From: a virus
Lineage: Duplodnaviria > Caudoviricetes
IMG/VR virus record: IMGVR_UViG_3300026825_000021
Coordinates: 1 to 29,656 of that record
Reading direction: 5' to 3' (one strand)
DNA length: 29,656 nucleotides
Under the pieces are notes generated by a model. The model worked only from the letters and a program-made list of their open reading frames with translations. It made no database searches and was not told the DNA's origin. The position numbers and the translations under genes are program-made. This document shows, in pieces, positions 25,985 through 29,656 of this stretch (its first letter is position 1; every line of letters starts with the position of its first letter).

Positions 25985-26089
25985 GGATGGCTCCTTGCCT
26001 AGACGGGCAGCGACCATCGCTGCCCTCCTACTGCCTTGAGCCCCGGTCGCGCCGTGCGAGGCGGGGCGATGGAGCCGAAAGCCCAGGCG

Positions 26090-26356
26090 CTATGGCGCGT
26101 CGGCGACGATACGCAGGTGCATATCGCCCTCCTTGGCACCACCCGAAAGCCGGGCATTCTCACCGAATTCCGTATAGAAGCACACGAAGGCCTTGCCGTA
26201 GATATCGTCTTTGCGCGCGAACACCTCGACGACGCGTCTGGGCTCGCTCCAGCGGGCATTCGGCAATAGCGCTCCGTGTGCGGTGTCGTATGTGGTGATG
26301 ACCATGGCGCCCTCGCGGATGCGGGCGATGTCAGCGCGGGTGAGCGGGCTCGTCAT
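26090..26356 (-). CDS. Hypothetical protein (88 aa)
   Basis: ATG 2 nt after the previous stop, with an AAGGGG RBS and protein-like composition. Confidence 0.6.
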   Translation of the reverse strand: MTSPLTRADIARIREGAMVITTYDTAHGALLPNARWSEPRRVVEVFARKDDIYGKAFVCFYTEFGENARLSGGAKEGDMHLRIVADAP

Positions 26357-26358
26357 GA

Positions 26359-26673
26359 TCAGGCACCCCTTGCTTCGCGAACCGCCTGCTCGAACCACTT
26401 GTGCCAGCCACGATCGGCAAGGCGCGCCATGATGTGGCTCTCGATCGCCTCCCGGCTCACCGGCCCGCCCGGAATGAAGCTCAGATCGTCGGCGAGGTGC
26501 CGCCCGAACCGGGCATCCAGCAGCTCGCGCACCTGCTCGGGCGTCAGATCGAAAGCCGTGGCCAGAGCATCGCTTGCTGCTTCCCAGGCCATGGCCTGGT
26601 CGTAACCATTGCGGCCGCAGGTACCCCAGAAGCCCCAGGCTTCATTGGCGGTCGGAAGGATTGTCCTGGTCAT
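26359..26673 (-). CDS. Conserved prophage hypothetical protein
   Basis: ILPTANEAWGFWGT..AW..VRELLDARFGRHLADD, a pattern I recall from alphaproteobacterial prophages. GGAG 6 nt before ATG 26673. Confidence 0.7.
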   Translation of the reverse strand: MTRTILPTANEAWGFWGTCGRNGYDQAMAWEAASDALATAFDLTPEQVRELLDARFGRHLADDLSFIPGGPVSREAIESHIMARLADRGWHKWFEQAVREARGA

Positions 26674-26749
26674 CGCCATCTCCATCGTGATGGCGTCATA
26701 CAGGCGCTGCTCGCCACAGGAGCCAAGCGATTAAGCTGCAATTTGATTG

Positions 26750-27025
26750 CTATGATCGGGCGGGCCCGATCATTTCATGATCGGAATGGCGGGTAAGCGC
26801 GAATCGTTCGCGGCGGACGCGCCAAGCCTCGAACAAGCGGCGCATTATATACGAGCGCAGCACGGACACGCCGGTGAACGCCGCGCCGATGGCCAAGTTC
26901 TCAGGAAGGCTCGCCTTGATTCCGAACAACGGGAACACAATCACCTGCGTCGCAAGCGCGAGAAGATAGCCGACCGCAACATTGGCGATCGACTCGGCGA
27001 GCGACATGAAGCGGCTTTGCTTCAT
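26750..27025 (-). CDS. Small two-TM membrane protein downstream of the phage methylases
   Basis: MKQSRFMSLAESIANVAVGY..QVIVFPLFG..NLAIG..FTGVSVLRSY..RRLFE. ATGA overlap with the methylase stop. Confidence 0.78.
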   Translation of the reverse strand: MKQSRFMSLAESIANVAVGYLLALATQVIVFPLFGIKASLPENLAIGAAFTGVSVLRSYIMRRLFEAWRVRRERFALTRHSDHEMIGPARS

Positions 27026-28332
27026 GTTGCCACTTCCACCGTCTTGATCTCATCAAAGCTGCGCTTGTCAGCCTCACGGACGGCCTTGCCGCCAGCGAAG
27101 CGCTGCCACCGTTCGACGATGACGTCGCAGTAGCGCGGGTCGATCTCCAGCGCGAGGCAGACTCGTCCCGTGTTCTCAGCCGCGATGATCATGGTGCCGC
27201 TGCCGGCAAACGGCTCGTAGACCAAATCCCCGCGTTTGCTGTTGTTGACGATCGGCCGGCGCATGCACTCAACCGGCTTCTGCGTGCCATGCGCCGTTGC
27301 CTCGTCCTCCTCGCCGGAGTGGCCAATCTGCCAGACGGTCGATTGATCGCGGGCGCCCTGCCAGTGTCCGTTCGCGCCCTTGCGCACCGCATAGAAGCAC
27401 GGCTCGTGCTGCCAGTGATAGTCGCCCCGGGAGAGCGCGAAGTGCGGCTTCACCCAGATGATCTGCGAACGGACCTGGAAACCACAGACCTCCAGGCTCT
27501 CGGCAACGGCACGCGCATGCACGCCCGCATGCCAAACGTAGGCGACCTCGCCCGGGAACAGCGCCCAGGCTTCGCGCCAATCGGCACGATGGTCGTTTGT
27601 CACCTTGCCGATTCGTGCCGTGGCCGACACGCCCGCTTCGTTGCGCCAGGCCGGATCGTACTCGACACCGTAAGGCGGGTCGCTCACCATCAGATGTGGA
27701 ACGGCTCCAGCCAGCAGTTTGTCGACATCGGCCGCCTTGGTCGCATCGCCGCACAGCAGCCGATGCTTTCCAAGCAGCCAGAGATCGCCCGGGCGCGTGA
27801 CGGGATCCGTGGGCAGCTCCGGGACGACCTCCTCGCCGGCCGGGCCGCCTTCGCTACCGTCCAGCCTGTCGAGCAAGCGGTCGAGCGCGTCCTCACCGAA
27901 GCCCAGAAGATCGAGATCGACCCCGTCCTCCCTAAGACGCGCCACCTCCGCGGCAAGCAGCGCCTCGTCCCAGCTTGCGTTGAGGGCGATCTGGTTGTCC
28001 GCGATCCGGAAGGCGCGCGCTTGCGCTTCGGTCAGATGACCGAGGCGGATGACCGGCACCTCCTCAAGGCCGAGCCGCCGCGCGGCGAGTAGCCGCCCAT
28101 GACCGGCAATCAGCACGCCCCGATCATCGACCAGGCACGGCACGTTGAAACCGAACTCCGCAATCGAGCCGGCGATCTGGGCGACCTGATCGTCGGGATG
28201 GGTCCGGGCGTTCGCGGCATAGGGCAGAAGCCGCTCGATCGGCCAGCTCTCGACCTTGAGCCGCTCAGTCGTCGGCTGGGATTGCGACCCCGCGCGCTCG
28301 CGCGACCGCTTCGAAGGTGCTTCCGTCGCCAT
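27022..28332 (-). CDS. ParB-N-fused amino-DNA methyltransferase (beta class, DPPY; likely m6A)
   Basis: ParB-like PYAANARTH..IAEFGF..IAGHGRLLAA, then HRLLCGD, motif IV SDPPY, HGTQKPV and motif I YEPFAGSGT. Start uncertain (see findings). Confidence 0.9.
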   Translation of the reverse strand: MATEAPSKRSRERAGSQSQPTTERLKVESWPIERLLPYAANARTHPDDQVAQIAGSIAEFGFNVPCLVDDRGVLIAGHGRLLAARRLGLEEVPVIRLGHLTEAQARAFRIADNQIALNASWDEALLAAEVARLREDGVDLDLLGFGEDALDRLLDRLDGSEGGPAGEEVVPELPTDPVTRPGDLWLLGKHRLLCGDATKAADVDKLLAGAVPHLMVSDPPYGVEYDPAWRNEAGVSATARIGKVTNDHRADWREAWALFPGEVAYVWHAGVHARAVAESLEVCGFQVRSQIIWVKPHFALSRGDYHWQHEPCFYAVRKGANGHWQGARDQSTVWQIGHSGEEDEATAHGTQKPVECMRRPIVNNSKRGDLVYEPFAGSGTMIIAAENTGRVCLALEIDPRYCDVIVERWQRFAGGKAVREADKRSFDEIKTVEVAT

Positions 28333-29656
28333 CGAGTGTCACTGGCTGATCGGGGAAGAGCTTGCGCCAGCGGCGCAGCGCGACATCGACGTATTCGGGT
28401 GCAAGCTCGATCGCTCGCACCTTCCGGCCGGTTCGCTCACCGGCGATGAGGCTGGTGCCCGATCCGGCAAAAGGTTCGTAGACGATGTTGTGTTCGTCGC
28501 TGTAGGCGCGCATCACGAACTCCGGCAGCGCGACCGGGAACACCGCTGGGTGCTCGGTCTCCAGCCCACGTGCCTTGTGCCGCGTGATGCGGATGACGCT
28601 GTCAGGGATGCGCGTGTCTTGAACGCCTTGACCGGCGTGGCTCCACGCGCCGACATGACCGTCACGGTTGCGCATCCCACCATGCGTATCGTTGACGTGG
28701 CCGGCCCATTTGCAGGGCACGATCTTGTTCGGCTTGCGCGCCGTGCGATTGAAGTGGAAGACGAACTCGAAGGCCGGCGCCAGGCGACCATTCCAGTCGC
28801 CCGGCAGACCTGGACCCTGGTCCCAGACGTAGAGGGCGAACCGGCGCCAGCCCTCACCGCGCATCCATTCGAGCCAACTCTGCCAGTAGGGTTGCCACTC
28901 ATTGTCGCGGTGAATCAGCCCGAGATTGACGAGCACCTGTGCGTCGCCGGTAACCGGCAGGTTAGTGAAGACTCCGCGCATCAGCGCGTGCCAGTCACTG
29001 ACCCCGCCGGTCGTGTAATCCCGCTGATTGCCGTAGGGCGGGCTTGTAAACGTGAGCGTCGCATGCTCGCCGTCCATCAGCCGTTGCACGGCCGAGGGAT
29101 CGGTGCTGTCGCCGCAGAGCAATCGATGCTCGCCGAGATGCCAAAGGTCGCCGGGCCGGCTTACGGGCTCGCGAAGGGGCTCCGGCGCTTCGTCGGCATC
29201 GTCGCGACTCTCTCCCGCCGTTGCATCCTCGTCGTCGAGCGGCGCCATCAGCGCGTCGAGCTCGGCGTCGGAGAACCCGGTCAGCGCAAGATCAAATCCT
29301 TCGCCGTTCAGCGCATGCAGCTCGGCCGCGAGCAGCTCCTCGTTCCAGCCGGCGTTGAGCGCGAGCTTGTTGTCGGCGATCACGTAGGCGCGGCGCTGCG
29401 CCTCGGTCAGATGATCGAGCACCACGACCGGCACGGCATCGAGCCCGAGACGGCGCGCCGCCTCGAGGCGCCCGTGCCCGGCGATCACCGTGCCATCGCC
29501 CGCGACCAGCACCGGATTGGTCCAGCCGAACTCGACCATGCTGGCGGCGATCTGTGTCACCTGCTCATCCGAGTGCGTGCGCGGGTTGCGCGGATAGGCG
29601 GAGAGCCGCTCGAGCGGCCATAGCTCGATCCGCTCCGGCGCAAAGCGCAAGGTCAT
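28265..29656 (-). CDS. ParB-N-fused amino-DNA methyltransferase (beta class, SPPY; likely m4C)
   Basis: ParB-like YPRNPRTHS..EFGWTNPVL..IAGHGRLEAA..IADNKLA, then motif IV FTSPPY, HPAVFPV and motif I YEPFAGSGT. Confidence 0.92.
   Translation of the reverse strand: MTLRFAPERIELWPLERLSAYPRNPRTHSDEQVTQIAASMVEFGWTNPVLVAGDGTVIAGHGRLEAARRLGLDAVPVVVLDHLTEAQRRAYVIADNKLALNAGWNEELLAAELHALNGEGFDLALTGFSDAELDALMAPLDDEDATAGESRDDADEAPEPLREPVSRPGDLWHLGEHRLLCGDSTDPSAVQRLMDGEHATLTFTSPPYGNQRDYTTGGVSDWHALMRGVFTNLPVTGDAQVLVNLGLIHRDNEWQPYWQSWLEWMRGEGWRRFALYVWDQGPGLPGDWNGRLAPAFEFVFHFNRTARKPNKIVPCKWAGHVNDTHGGMRNRDGHVGAWSHAGQGVQDTRIPDSVIRITRHKARGLETEHPAVFPVALPEFVMRAYSDEHNIVYEPFAGSGTSLIAGERTGRKVRAIELAPEYVDVALRRWRKLFPDQPVTLDGDGSTFEAVARARGVAIPADD

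Larger units (their letters stand above)
1761..29656 (-). mobile_element. Prophage (siphovirus-like) late region: lambda-like head with GTA-like baseplate; extends beyond the right edge
   Basis: Continuous co-oriented packaging-head-tail-lysis gene order. No integrase, repressor or att site is visible in the window. Confidence 0.93.

Noticed and set aside
26731-26745. CtrA-like TTAA-N7-TTAA box (also near 20323) and LexA GTTC-N7-GTTC boxes (near 18580 and 19405)
   Set aside because: The second half-sites mismatch or the spacing is 5-6 nt rather than 7.
1-29656. CRISPR array, tRNA/rRNA, IS element, diversity-generating retroelement, integrase/att
   Set aside because: I saw no spaced direct repeats, RNA gene signatures, transposase, reverse transcriptase or recombinase motifs.

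Overview
High-GC alphaproteobacterial prophage late region, almost all on the minus strand. Reading right to left: two tandem ParB-fused DNA methyltransferases, small accessory ORFs including a DUF3489 winged-helix protein, a lambda-type packaging/head module (TerS, TerL/gpA, gpW, portal, S49 protease with nested scaffold, gpD, gpE), head-tail connectors, tail tube, a frameshifted tail chaperone pair, an 889-aa tape measure, an RcGTA-type baseplate block (DUF2460, DUF2163, NlpC/P60, megatron, DUF2793 fibre) and a lysis cassette (DUF6127, membrane-tailed TIGR02594 endolysin, overlapping spanins). Two plus-strand inserts interrupt the operon: higBA between portal and protease, and DUF5946 plus a MAPEG pseudogene between chaperone and tape measure. 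Beyond the lysis genes is a convergent, overlapping pair: Vsr and an AspBHI/MspJI-family 5mC-dependent restriction endonuclease, with no C5 methyltransferase in the window. This pair is the best candidate for an undescribed defence module. Family calls come from motifs I recognised by eye; no database search was run.
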